Below, one piece after another: positions 1 to 8,481 of a stretch of 64,000 nt of DNA (positions are counted from its first letter, which is position 1; the number at the start of each line of letters is the position of its first letter). Source of the stretch: Promethearchaeota archaeon. GTDB lineage: Archaea > Asgardarchaeota > Lokiarchaeia > Sigyniarchaeales > SOKP01. Below the pieces are notes generated by a model. That model was not told the DNA's origin. It saw only the letters and a program-made list of their open reading frames with translations, and ran no database searches. The translations under genes were made by a program, and so were the position numbers. Where the stretch lies: the NCBI GenBank assembly GCA_019058445.1, contig JAHPZA010000004.1:224001-288000 (forward strand), read 5' to 3'.

Positions 1-383
1 TATCTACGTAATTCTCCAACTACATCTGCCAAACCTAGCGCATAATTTAACGGGTAGATTTTTAATACTTTCGGAAGGGGCAGATCTTTTTTCTTAATAA
101 TAGAAAAAAATGATACAGCCTCAGCGTATTCTTGCTCTGGAGTTTTTAAATACTTGAAAAACACTCCGATATTTTTATTAACTAATGATACCAGTTTTTC
201 ATGGGTTACTTGCACTTTATCAATTTTTTCTTGATACTGGTTAAACTCTCTTCTGTGGATATGCTTAATAGCAACACTACAATCCCGAATTATATATCGA
301 GAGATTTTTAAAATCTCTTCTCTATCTTGATCTAATTTATCTAATGCCTCAGTTAATTCTGAGAAAATATTATTAAGATTCAT
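1..383 (-). CDS. Translin/Trax (C3PO) family RNA-binding endonuclease; C-terminus runs off the window
   Basis: Not in ORF track. Manual translation from ATG at 383 gives MNLNNIFSELTEALDKLDQDREEILKISRYIIRDCSVAIKHIH...QEYAEAVSF...YALGLADVVGELRR. QEYxEA and LGLADxxGELRR are translin/Trax motifs with the acidic catalytic residues present. Confidence 0.85.
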   Translation of the reverse strand, partial: MNLNNIFSELTEALDKLDQDREEILKISRYIIRDCSVAIKHIHRREFNQYQEKIDKVQVTHEKLVSLVNKNIGVFFKYLKTPEQEYAEAVSFFSIIKKKDLPLPKVLKIYPLNYALGLADVVGELRR

Positions 384-524
384 ACTCACGATGTTTTGAA
401 AAATGCGATAAAAATTTTAGTAATGATTAATTTTGATTTTAAATATAATTAATTATCATACTTCTAAAAATATTTAGAATTTTTTATTAGAACTAGTATA
501 GAAAAATAAAGATTAAAGATTATT

Positions 525-2585
525 ATGAAGATTTTATTAATACATTCAGACGGTGTTGAAGTTGTTAAGCATAAACCAGCTACAAGTGAACCTCAAGAAT
601 TTCCCGAAGATATCATAAAAATGGATGGTTTGGTACTTGTAGCTTATGTATCTGTTGAGGACCAAGATACATATGACACGGATATAATTGCACAGCAAGG
701 AGCCCAAGTGATAGAAGAGGCAATCTATCAAATAACCGGTTTTCCCGAAAAAGTTAGAGAAAAAAATGAAGAAATAAGACAATATAATACAGATATTGAA
801 GCGGGTAAAATAAAGGGAAAAACTAGGAATTATATAGAATTAATCAAAGAAAGAGATATGTATCTTGTCGATAAGGTATTAATATATCCATGGGCCCATT
901 TAAGTAAATTTTTAAGTCATGAATCAAACGCCATGGATGTATGTCCTAAAATTGCGAAAATTTTGGAGGATAAAGGAATCGAGGCGAAATTTTCTCCGTT
1001 TGGATGGTATAAATCTTTCAAAATCAATTGTATTGGTCATGAAGTTGCAGAAATGTATCGAGATGTTAAGTTAGCTATTAAACCTGAGGAGCAAATTAAA
1101 AATTCTATGTTTAAAGTGGTAACAACCTCAGGGAAGGAGATTGATTTAAAATTTGATAAACAAGGGAAATTTTTACCCTTAAAAGAAATTAAGGACAAAG
1201 ATTTTAATTTGTTCCTAAAATCTGAACTAGGTTCTAGGACAATAGATAAGGCAATCGAACCGGCCCATATAAAAGTAATGAAAGAATTTGAGCTCGTGGA
1301 TTTTGATCCTAATACTGATGCGGGAAATTTTCGATGGTATACGAAAGGTGTCATCATGAAAAATTTAATAAAGAATTTCATAGAAGATAGATTAATAGAT
1401 TATGGGGCAGTTCTCATTGATACTCCAATAATGTATACTGTAAAAAATAAGAAGTTAACTGCTCAAACAGCTCGATTCCCGGCAAGGAGTTATTGGGTTG
1501 AATCTGGAAGTGATAGATACCTATTAAGATATGCTTCTGATTTTTTATTATTTGATCTATTTAGTAGTATGAATTTAAAACCTCAATATTTACCATTACG
1601 AGCATATGAATATGAACAATATGATTTTCGAAGAGAACAAGAAGGCGAATTATCAGGGATAAGGCGATTACGGGGATTTATCATGCCGGACATGCATACT
1701 CTTTGCAAGGATTTAGAATCTTCAGTTAAAGAGTTTAAACTCCAATATGAGTTAATAAAGAATCTGGAACAAGATTTAGGAATCACAAGTTATGTTATAT
1801 TTAGAGCAACTACGGAGTTTTATAAAGAAAATAAAGATTGGATTATTGAATTAATTAAATCTGAAGAAAAACCCGCCTTAATCGAATTATGGGATGATAG
1901 ATATTATTATTATATACTAAAATTTGAGAGAAATGTACTTTCAGCGGAAAATAAAAGCGCAACTTTAGCGACAAATCAAATAGATGTAGAAAGTTCCTTA
2001 GAATTTATGGAAGATTCTGAGGGGAAGAAGAGGCAAAAGTACAATATCCATTTTACTGATGTAGATGGCCAAATTAAATATCCTATTATTCTTCATAATT
2101 CACCTACAGGTGGTTTAGAGAGAGTGTTATGGGGATTAATTGAAACAGCTGTAAGAAATAAGGATACAATTGTACCAGGATTTAAAACATGGATATCCCC
2201 TATTCAAGTGAGGTTACTTACCGTAAGTGATAAGCAAAATGAATATGCTGAAAAGCTCTTAGATGTTTTAAATAGAGAAGGGTATCGGGTCGATTTTGAT
2301 GATAGAGAAGAAACTTTAGGGAAAAAAATAAGACAATCCGAAGTTGATTGGATACCATATACTGTGATATTAGGGAAAAATGAGGAAGAAGGTGAAACAG
2401 TCTCTATTCGAAAGAGACTAATTGGAAAATCTTTCGGACCTAAAAAAAAAACTTCTGAACAATTTAATAATATTAAGCTCGAAGAATTCTTAGAAATGCT
2501 CCGAGATGATACAAGGAATTTTCCAAAATATAAACTACCTATCCCATTTAGAAAGTATTCTACAAAAGTATCATTTCGAAAATGA
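525..2585 (+). CDS. thrS: Threonyl-tRNA synthetase, archaeal type with N-terminal D-aminoacyl-tRNA-deacylase-like editing domain
   Basis: MKILLIHSD start, YPWAHLS and SPFGWYKSFKINCIGH editing motifs, FRREQxGE motif 2, MPDMHT, HNSPTGGLER motif 3, C-terminal anticodon-binding domain. Confidence 0.96.
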   Translation: MKILLIHSDGVEVVKHKPATSEPQEFPEDIIKMDGLVLVAYVSVEDQDTYDTDIIAQQGAQVIEEAIYQITGFPEKVREKNEEIRQYNTDIEAGKIKGKTRNYIELIKERDMYLVDKVLIYPWAHLSKFLSHESNAMDVCPKIAKILEDKGIEAKFSPFGWYKSFKINCIGHEVAEMYRDVKLAIKPEEQIKNSMFKVVTTSGKEIDLKFDKQGKFLPLKEIKDKDFNLFLKSELGSRTIDKAIEPAHIKVMKEFELVDFDPNTDAGNFRWYTKGVIMKNLIKNFIEDRLIDYGAVLIDTPIMYTVKNKKLTAQTARFPARSYWVESGSDRYLLRYASDFLLFDLFSSMNLKPQYLPLRAYEYEQYDFRREQEGELSGIRRLRGFIMPDMHTLCKDLESSVKEFKLQYELIKNLEQDLGITSYVIFRATTEFYKENKDWIIELIKSEEKPALIELWDDRYYYYILKFERNVLSAENKSATLATNQIDVESSLEFMEDSEGKKRQKYNIHFTDVDGQIKYPIILHNSPTGGLERVLWGLIETAVRNKDTIVPGFKTWISPIQVRLLTVSDKQNEYAEKLLDVLNREGYRVDFDDREETLGKKIRQSEVDWIPYTVILGKNEEEGETVSIRKRLIGKSFGPKKKTSEQFNNIKLEEFLEMLRDDTRNFPKYKLPIPFRKYSTKVSFRK

Positions 2586-2594
2586 ATTACATGT

Positions 2595-3227
2595 TTGAGA
2601 TACATGACAATTAAAGCTATAATTTTTGATTTAGGTGGAGTTATTGTAGACTTAGATTTCTCAAATTTTTACAACAGAATAATTACTCTATCACCATTAA
2701 ACAAACCTGAAACTCCAATCATGTTGGAGTTCTTCAGACAATCAGATATTTATCATCAAGGAAATATGAGTGATGATGAATTCTACCAACTTGCCTGTGA
2801 ACTATTACAAGTTTGCGCATTAAATCAGCAAGAATTTTTTGACGCGTTTAATAGCATCATTGCGGGTTTTAACCATGAAATCAAAGAATTGTTACAAAAA
2901 TTGAAAAATAGTAATTCTTATAAGTTAATTGCTTTATCAAACGTAAATTCAAGTCATTGGGATTATTTATTGAATCAAAAATGGGGATTTCTTGAATTTT
3001 TTGATGAATTGATACTTTCCCATGAAGTTCATATGACCAAACCTGAGAAGAGGATCTTTGATCATACTATTGAAAAAGCGGGATGTAAACCGGAAGAGAT
3101 TTTGTTTATTGATGATGGTCTTAATAATGTAGTATCTGCGAAGAAATTAGGAATAATAGGAATTCATTTTTCCACAGCAAAGGATTTGATTGAGGAGTTA
3201 AGAAAATTAGGGATAAAAATTGATTGA
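2595..3227 (+). CDS. HAD-superfamily phosphatase (YihX-like)
   Basis: IIFDLGGV motif I, LSN motif II, KPE motif III, FIDD motif IV. Confidence 0.9.
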   Translation: MRYMTIKAIIFDLGGVIVDLDFSNFYNRIITLSPLNKPETPIMLEFFRQSDIYHQGNMSDDEFYQLACELLQVCALNQQEFFDAFNSIIAGFNHEIKELLQKLKNSNSYKLIALSNVNSSHWDYLLNQKWGFLEFFDELILSHEVHMTKPEKRIFDHTIEKAGCKPEEILFIDDGLNNVVSAKKLGIIGIHFSTAKDLIEELRKLGIKID

Positions 3228-3285
3228 AAGAGTTTAACATTAAATTATCTTAAAAAACTAAAAAAAATGTGAGTTAGACTTGAAA

Positions 3286-3813
3286 TTATTCGATTAAAAC
3301 ACTTTCGAGGCATGCTTTTGCGATCTTTTTAAATGCCAACTCTACGTTATTTCCTGTTTTTGCTGATGTTTCCAGATACTCACCACCTAACCTTTTTGCT
3401 AAATCTTCTGCCTCTGCTTGATCAACTTGGCGTTTTAAATCTGATTTATTACCCAAAATTATCATGGGAATAGATTTTTTTACGGTCTTTTTAATAGAGC
3501 TTACCCATCCTGGCAACTTAAGTAATGATGGTAAGTTGTCAAGTGCAAAGACGCCAAGAGCAGCATTACTCCCCTTAAAATAAATTGTCCGTAGTTTAGC
3601 AAATTGAGCTTGACCCCCAATATCCCATAAAAGTAATCTGAGGTTTATATCATCAATTTTTACATCTTTAATAAGAAAATTGGTTCCAATGGTCTTAATT
3701 AAATTTTCCTCAAATTTATCTTGAACATAACGAATTAAAAGCGAGGTTTTACCAACGCCACCAGCACCATAAATACAAATCTTAAATTTATAACTTTCCT
3801 CTATATCAGAGAT
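3286..3813 (-). CDS. Rab/Ras-like small GTPase (~175 aa); true start lies upstream of the ORF-track call and appears non-canonical (ATC at 3813)
   Basis: Frame is open from 3837 to 3286: ISDIEESYKFKICIYGAGGVGKTSLL (G1), TIG (G2), WDIGGQ (G3), GNKSDL (G4), ETSAK (G5). The ORF track shows only the last 76 aa. Confidence 0.92.
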   Translation of the reverse strand: MSDIEESYKFKICIYGAGGVGKTSLLIRYVQDKFEENLIKTIGTNFLIKDVKIDDINLRLLLWDIGGQAQFAKLRTIYFKGSNAALGVFALDNLPSLLKLPGWVSSIKKTVKKSIPMIILGNKSDLKRQVDQAEAEDLAKRLGGEYLETSAKTGNNVELAFKKIAKACLESVLIE

Positions 3814-4078
3814 CGTGAAAACCCTTTTTAAGTTATTTCAAATTGAATTTGATATTGATTTACTTTTTCTTTCTATATTTGATCTATTTCACTATATATT
3901 TATATGTTTATTCTAGATTATCAAAATGAATGGATATGGAAAGGGAGACACCGCAGAAAACAAGTGAAGAATTAGAGCAATTTAACAAAAACTTAACAAT
4001 TTCTTTGTTCTATATAATAAAACTGATTTATCATTTTGAAAATAGATGAAATAAGTTCCATATGACGGATTCTGTGCT

Positions 4079-5509
4079 TTATTGTTCTTTATCTTTGTCT
4101 TTTTTAACTATTTCTTTAGTTTTTTCTTTAATCTTATGACTCTCTTTTTTAATATAATCTTCTGTTTTTTTAATCTCTTTAGATATAAATTCTTCAGTCT
4201 TTTTAATTTCTTTAGATATAAATTCTTCGGTCCTTTTAACTTCTTCAACCACCTTTTCTCCAGTTTTCTGTCCAACCCTGCCGATTTGTATCATAAACCA
4301 TTCTGGGGAGCCAACTCCATTTCCGTACTCATTCCAGAAGTACATGAAGAACCCACAAAATCCTATATACCCAAGCACAACGAAAACTATAATTACAATA
4401 TTAAATTGTCCTATGAAAATGGGTAAAAATACAAAATGGATTAAAAAAAGGCTCAATGAAACTTTCCCATAATAAATTATCATGCTAGTAAATTGATTAT
4501 CCTTTTTCTTAATATCAATGAGATAAAAACAGATAGCAATTATAAGCAATGCTGCACCCATGTTATAGAACATATTTCCAATTGTACCCCTTATTAAGAA
4601 TTCAGGCATACCTGGGAACTTATAATAGTCTTGTTGATTCATCATCGTATATAACCTTAAGTGCGGATACTCGGATTCGGGTAATGTTTCAGGAGTTTGT
4701 AATTGCCAACCTGTTATTAATCCTACAACTAAAAGAACAGTCCCCCATATCATAAATTGTCGAAATAAATGCCAATACGCCTCTTCGGTTCCTTCGATCA
4801 TCGCATTGTAAAGAATTTCACCGAATATAGTCGAAATAAAACATATCGATAACCAGGGTAAAAGAGTTAATTCTGGGGTTGGTGAGGTAATAATGAAGTG
4901 TAATATAAATATTAATAGACTTGAATCCTTTTCAATATAAAGAAACATCCTAAGGGTTGGCGAGATCAAAATAATTAATACGCCTATTAGCGCCCGGAGC
5001 AATTTTTTTAATTTTAATGCATAATAAGAAGCTATTTGAGAGAATCCAATGAACATTAATATATTCCATCCCCAAAGATTCATAGGAAATGGAATATCCG
5101 GACGTGTTACAGTCACTCCTATTAAATTAAATAACACTCCTATAACCATAATTGAAATTCCCCTTGAAAAAATACGTGCACGAATAACTTTTTCAGGCAA
5201 CTTTCCCTTTTTGCGCCTAATGCTAAATATAACACTGAGCGCGGAAAGAAAAACGAATAGTGAAGGTCCTAATATATCTAGCGCAGAATAAACCATCCCA
5301 TTTAAGAAAATCCAATCGCGATCAAACCAAAAAAGAGTTGAGTGACAGATTATAATAAAGATCATGGCAAATCCTTTCACAAAATCGATGGATTCAATTC
5401 TTTGAGGGCTTGCATAATCTCTCATATCTTCGATTGGTATCTCTTCCTTTAAATAACTAAGAAGATCTTCAGATTTGGAATCCTTTTCTGTTATATTTTC
5501 TGATGACAT
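4079..5509 (-). CDS. Multi-pass membrane acyltransferase, HGSNAT/DUF1624-like, with C-terminal 11-mer repeat tail
   Basis: RIESIDFVKGFAMIFIIICH N-terminal motif, about 11 hydrophobic helices, YYGKVSLSLFLIH motif. Confidence 0.75.
   Translation of the reverse strand: MSSENITEKDSKSEDLLSYLKEEIPIEDMRDYASPQRIESIDFVKGFAMIFIIICHSTLFWFDRDWIFLNGMVYSALDILGPSLFVFLSALSVIFSIRRKKGKLPEKVIRARIFSRGISIMVIGVLFNLIGVTVTRPDIPFPMNLWGWNILMFIGFSQIASYYALKLKKLLRALIGVLIILISPTLRMFLYIEKDSSLLIFILHFIITSPTPELTLLPWLSICFISTIFGEILYNAMIEGTEEAYWHLFRQFMIWGTVLLVVGLITGWQLQTPETLPESEYPHLRLYTMMNQQDYYKFPGMPEFLIRGTIGNMFYNMGAALLIIAICFYLIDIKKKDNQFTSMIIYYGKVSLSLFLIHFVFLPIFIGQFNIVIIVFVVLGYIGFCGFFMYFWNEYGNGVGSPEWFMIQIGRVGQKTGEKVVEEVKRTEEFISKEIKKTEEFISKEIKKTEDYIKKESHKIKEKTKEIVKKDKDKEQ
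4130..4250 (-). repeat. 33-bp coding tandem repeat (about 3-4 units of EIKKTEEFISK)
   Basis: ctttagatataaattcttc recurs at a 33-bp period; protein reads EVKRTEEFISK EIKKTEEFISK EIKKTEDYIKK ESHKIKEKTKE. Confidence 0.8.
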
Positions 5510-5690
5510 TTTTACTATTAATAATAAAACGTTTTCATATAAAAATCTAAAAAAAAATTAATATTTACTGAATTTATTTTATAATTGATTGATTTATTTT
5601 TTAACAATAACAAGTCACAATTAATATTAATTAGATGTTCACCAATATATATATTTCAAAATAAAGTAATTCTACAAAAATAGCAAAAAG

Positions 5691-6116
5691 ATGACTCCAA
5701 TGAATTATAAAGAGAAATCATTGAACTTTCTAGATTATAGATTAGTAGGATTAGTTGGATCTATAATATTAATAGTTTCTGAGTTTTTAACTTGGTTATC
5801 TGAATTTTCATTATTTGATATATATATTTTTTATACGATTACAAGGGTCGAGCAATCCTTTATCTTTTTATTTCCATTAATCAGCGGTATCATTTGCTTG
5901 ATAGCAAGTCTTTTAATCATATCCAATCTTGAATATAAAATCAATTCAGTTATTATAACTAGTATAGGTTTAGGGTTTCTTACCCTTTTTTTGGTTGATT
6001 TTATCCCAGGAGAATTATTTTATCTTTCAAAAGCGGGGATTGGTTTTTATTTATGTATTGCGGGATTTGTAATATTGATTTTACATATAATTTTGATATT
6101 AATTTCAAAAGAATAA
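5691..6116 (+). CDS. Hypothetical membrane protein (about 4 TM)
   Basis: 141 aa with four hydrophobic segments. Confidence 0.7.
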   Translation: MTPMNYKEKSLNFLDYRLVGLVGSIILIVSEFLTWLSEFSLFDIYIFYTITRVEQSFIFLFPLISGIICLIASLLIISNLEYKINSVIITSIGLGFLTLFLVDFIPGELFYLSKAGIGFYLCIAGFVILILHIILILISKE

Positions 6117-6131
6117 CGATTGGGAAGGTAA

Positions 6132-7034
6132 TTATCTATTAACGAGGACAAGGAAGAAAATTCAAAAGTCAACAACAATCAAGATTTAGAATCGAGTTTC
6201 TATTATGCGTTAAGCCATGAAATTCGCAGAAAAATCATCCAAATTATTGGTGAGAATGAATTTTCTTCTTTTACATCCTTAAAGAAAGCACTAAAAGTGA
6301 GTACTGGTACAATATATCATCATTTGGATTCCTTATCTCAATTAATTGAGCAGGGAAAGAATAAAAAATATTATCTTACAGATTTTGGAGTTCATGCATA
6401 TAATTCTCTAAAGGAAAATATAGAAGTCATGGAGTCATCAAAATTTTCTAAAGGAGATTATAATTCTCCTCTTTTAAAATTTTTGTTTGCATTAACACCA
6501 ATAAAATTTATTGCGTTCGAGGAAAAGGACAAAAAGTATAATGCGGTAATATCTTTTGCAATCCTAATAATAGGAACGATCTTATGTGGATTAAATGGAT
6601 TTTATTCACTTTTACTATTTTTCATTAAGACTTCTGAAGATATCTACAAATTAACACTCATATCTCATGTGGTTCTTTCTGTAATATTCATTGTAAATTT
6701 CCTTTTGTATTTTTTGCTCGTGGAACTATTCTGTAGGTTATTTTATAGAAAAAAGGGAAACACATTTAATTTTTTTCTCTCTTTTCCTATTATATTATAC
6801 CCGATGGTGATTTATTTATTCATTCATTTCATTTTACTTTCAACAGGATTAATTCGAATAACCTATATTAATTTTTTAGATACTGTTTTGCTCATATTCT
6901 TTCAAATTTTATCATTATGGCTCTTGACGTATAATTTAAAAGTGAGTAAGGATTTAAAAATTGAGCGAGGCTTGATTATTGCCTTATTGCTTCATTACGG
7001 TAGCTTTACCGTAGTTTTATTATTATCTATTTAA
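6132..7034 (+). CDS. ArsR-type winged-HTH fused to a ~5-TM membrane domain (Yip1-like); start upstream of the ORF-track GTG and non-canonical
   Basis: In-frame upstream extension LSINEDKEENSKVNNNQDLESSFYYALSHEIRRKIIQII...LKVSTGTIYHHLDSL completes an ArsR HTH. In-frame TAA at 6129-6131, and no ATG/GTG/TTG between it and 6297. Confidence 0.75.
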   Translation, partial: LSINEDKEENSKVNNNQDLESSFYYALSHEIRRKIIQIIGENEFSSFTSLKKALKVSTGTIYHHLDSLSQLIEQGKNKKYYLTDFGVHAYNSLKENIEVMESSKFSKGDYNSPLLKFLFALTPIKFIAFEEKDKKYNAVISFAILIIGTILCGLNGFYSLLLFFIKTSEDIYKLTLISHVVLSVIFIVNFLLYFLLVELFCRLFYRKKGNTFNFFLSFPIILYPMVIYLFIHFILLSTGLIRITYINFLDTVLLIFFQILSLWLLTYNLKVSKDLKIERGLIIALLLHYGSFTVVLLLSI

Positions 7035-8346
7035 TTATAGAAAAGTCATATTTTTCTTTAAGAATTTCATTAATTTTAACAAAACGCTTTTGAGAGAGAA
7101 TTTTATCTTTCTCTTTCGTAGCTATAAAACAGGAAAAATCAGATTTTTTAGTTGGATCTGATTTAGTAAATGATATTGGCGGCGTAATAAATTCAGGTAT
7201 TTCATTTAATAGCTTAGGAATAATTTTATCATTCAGTTCATTAATACTCTTTTCTCCTACATATTCTAATTCTACTCGTTTAAAAATAGAGTGACCTTGT
7301 ATTTCAGGCTCTTTAAAATCCAGAAATTTAGAGCAATAACTGAGGATTAACTCGACGGGGTTCACATTTAAAATGTTTCTAATTCCAATATAAGAAGTGG
7401 TTAATCTTGGATTTATTTCGATAAAATTGAGAGAATCCTGAGCTAATATAAAATCTATTCCAAAATAACTATTAAACATTGAAAGTTCTAGTTTTTCAAA
7501 TATTTTTATTAATATCTTTTTAATGTGTTCATAATTCTCTACTGGAGTGTATCCCCCAAAATATTCTGAATCTCCTTTTGACTTTTCAATATTAATGTCT
7601 TGATGATTTATCCCTAAAATTAATGGAGCGATACGAGGGTTTTTTTTATTAATAGGGGGACCTATTAAAGAAACGCTTAAATCTACTCCTTCAATATATT
7701 CTTGAGCGATGAACTTCCTTTCAAGATCAATATTTTGAGATTCTAGGTCTTTAAAGAAATTGAAAATCTGATATTTATTCTCGAAATAATATATCGATTC
7801 CGCACCCACGCCATCTATTGGTTTAATAACTATTGGAGAGTTAAATTCCTCAAATATTTGAATAATATAATTGAATTTTAAATCATTTATCAATGGTAGC
7901 GGATAAGTGTTTGGCGTTTTGATATAATGATTTCTAAAAAACTTGTAGGTTTTAATTTTTGATGATCCTAATTCAATTCCTTTTAGACCAGTACTCAGAA
8001 GCTTTTTATTTTCTTTTTTTACAATTTTAGTAAGATCATATAGTATATTTGAAAATTCAGGCGCAATAATAAAAGCTGATTCACATTCTTTCACTGAGGC
8101 CTTAAATATATTCATAAAATTATCACTTGCTTTTATGAATTGCAAAGAATCAGTTTCTAAGTAGTGTGATAAGAAAGAGATTCTCTCATCTAGTAAAGTG
8201 GTTATTTCAAAATCCATTGCTTTAAAATCTGCGATGATCGCTCTTAACATACCATATCCTTCGCAAAATAGCGACGAGGGAATTTCGACTTGATTAAAAC
8301 CACCACCAGAAACAAATTCAAAAATAAAAATCCTACTACTATTCAT
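7027..8346 (-). CDS. ATP-grasp ligase, tyramine-glutamate ligase (MfnD)-like, probably methanofuran biosynthesis
   Basis: IFIFEFVSGGG...EGYGML N-terminus, IIAPE, VIKPIDGVGA, QEYIEG, GIDF, IEINPRLTTSY. Confidence 0.75.
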   Translation of the reverse strand: MNSSRIFIFEFVSGGGFNQVEIPSSLFCEGYGMLRAIIADFKAMDFEITTLLDERISFLSHYLETDSLQFIKASDNFMNIFKASVKECESAFIIAPEFSNILYDLTKIVKKENKKLLSTGLKGIELGSSKIKTYKFFRNHYIKTPNTYPLPLINDLKFNYIIQIFEEFNSPIVIKPIDGVGAESIYYFENKYQIFNFFKDLESQNIDLERKFIAQEYIEGVDLSVSLIGPPINKKNPRIAPLILGINHQDINIEKSKGDSEYFGGYTPVENYEHIKKILIKIFEKLELSMFNSYFGIDFILAQDSLNFIEINPRLTTSYIGIRNILNVNPVELILSYCSKFLDFKEPEIQGHSIFKRVELEYVGEKSINELNDKIIPKLLNEIPEFITPPISFTKSDPTKKSDFSCFIATKEKDKILSQKRFVKINEILKEKYDFSIIK

Positions 8347-8481
8347 TTTTAATAATAAGTTCTATACACGAATATTTATAGATTATTTTAAAACCAAAAA
8401 AAAATAAACTTCTAAAGATTTTAAAAGAATTTTGGATTAGAATATTATAACTTAAATTTAATAAAAAAAAGTGTTGATTTT

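Noticed and set aside
546-2605. Antisense ORFs inside thrS (546-782, 1037-1381, 1583-1786, 2204-2605) and similar shadows inside prs, truD, ths, the sialidase gene, the acyl-CoA ligase and others
   Set aside because: Fully overlap well-supported genes on the opposite strand or another frame, and have no motifs.
3930-4049. 39-codon ORF MDMERETPQKTSEELEQFNKNL...
   Set aside because: Short, no motif or recognisable homology; could be a remnant but is not supportable.
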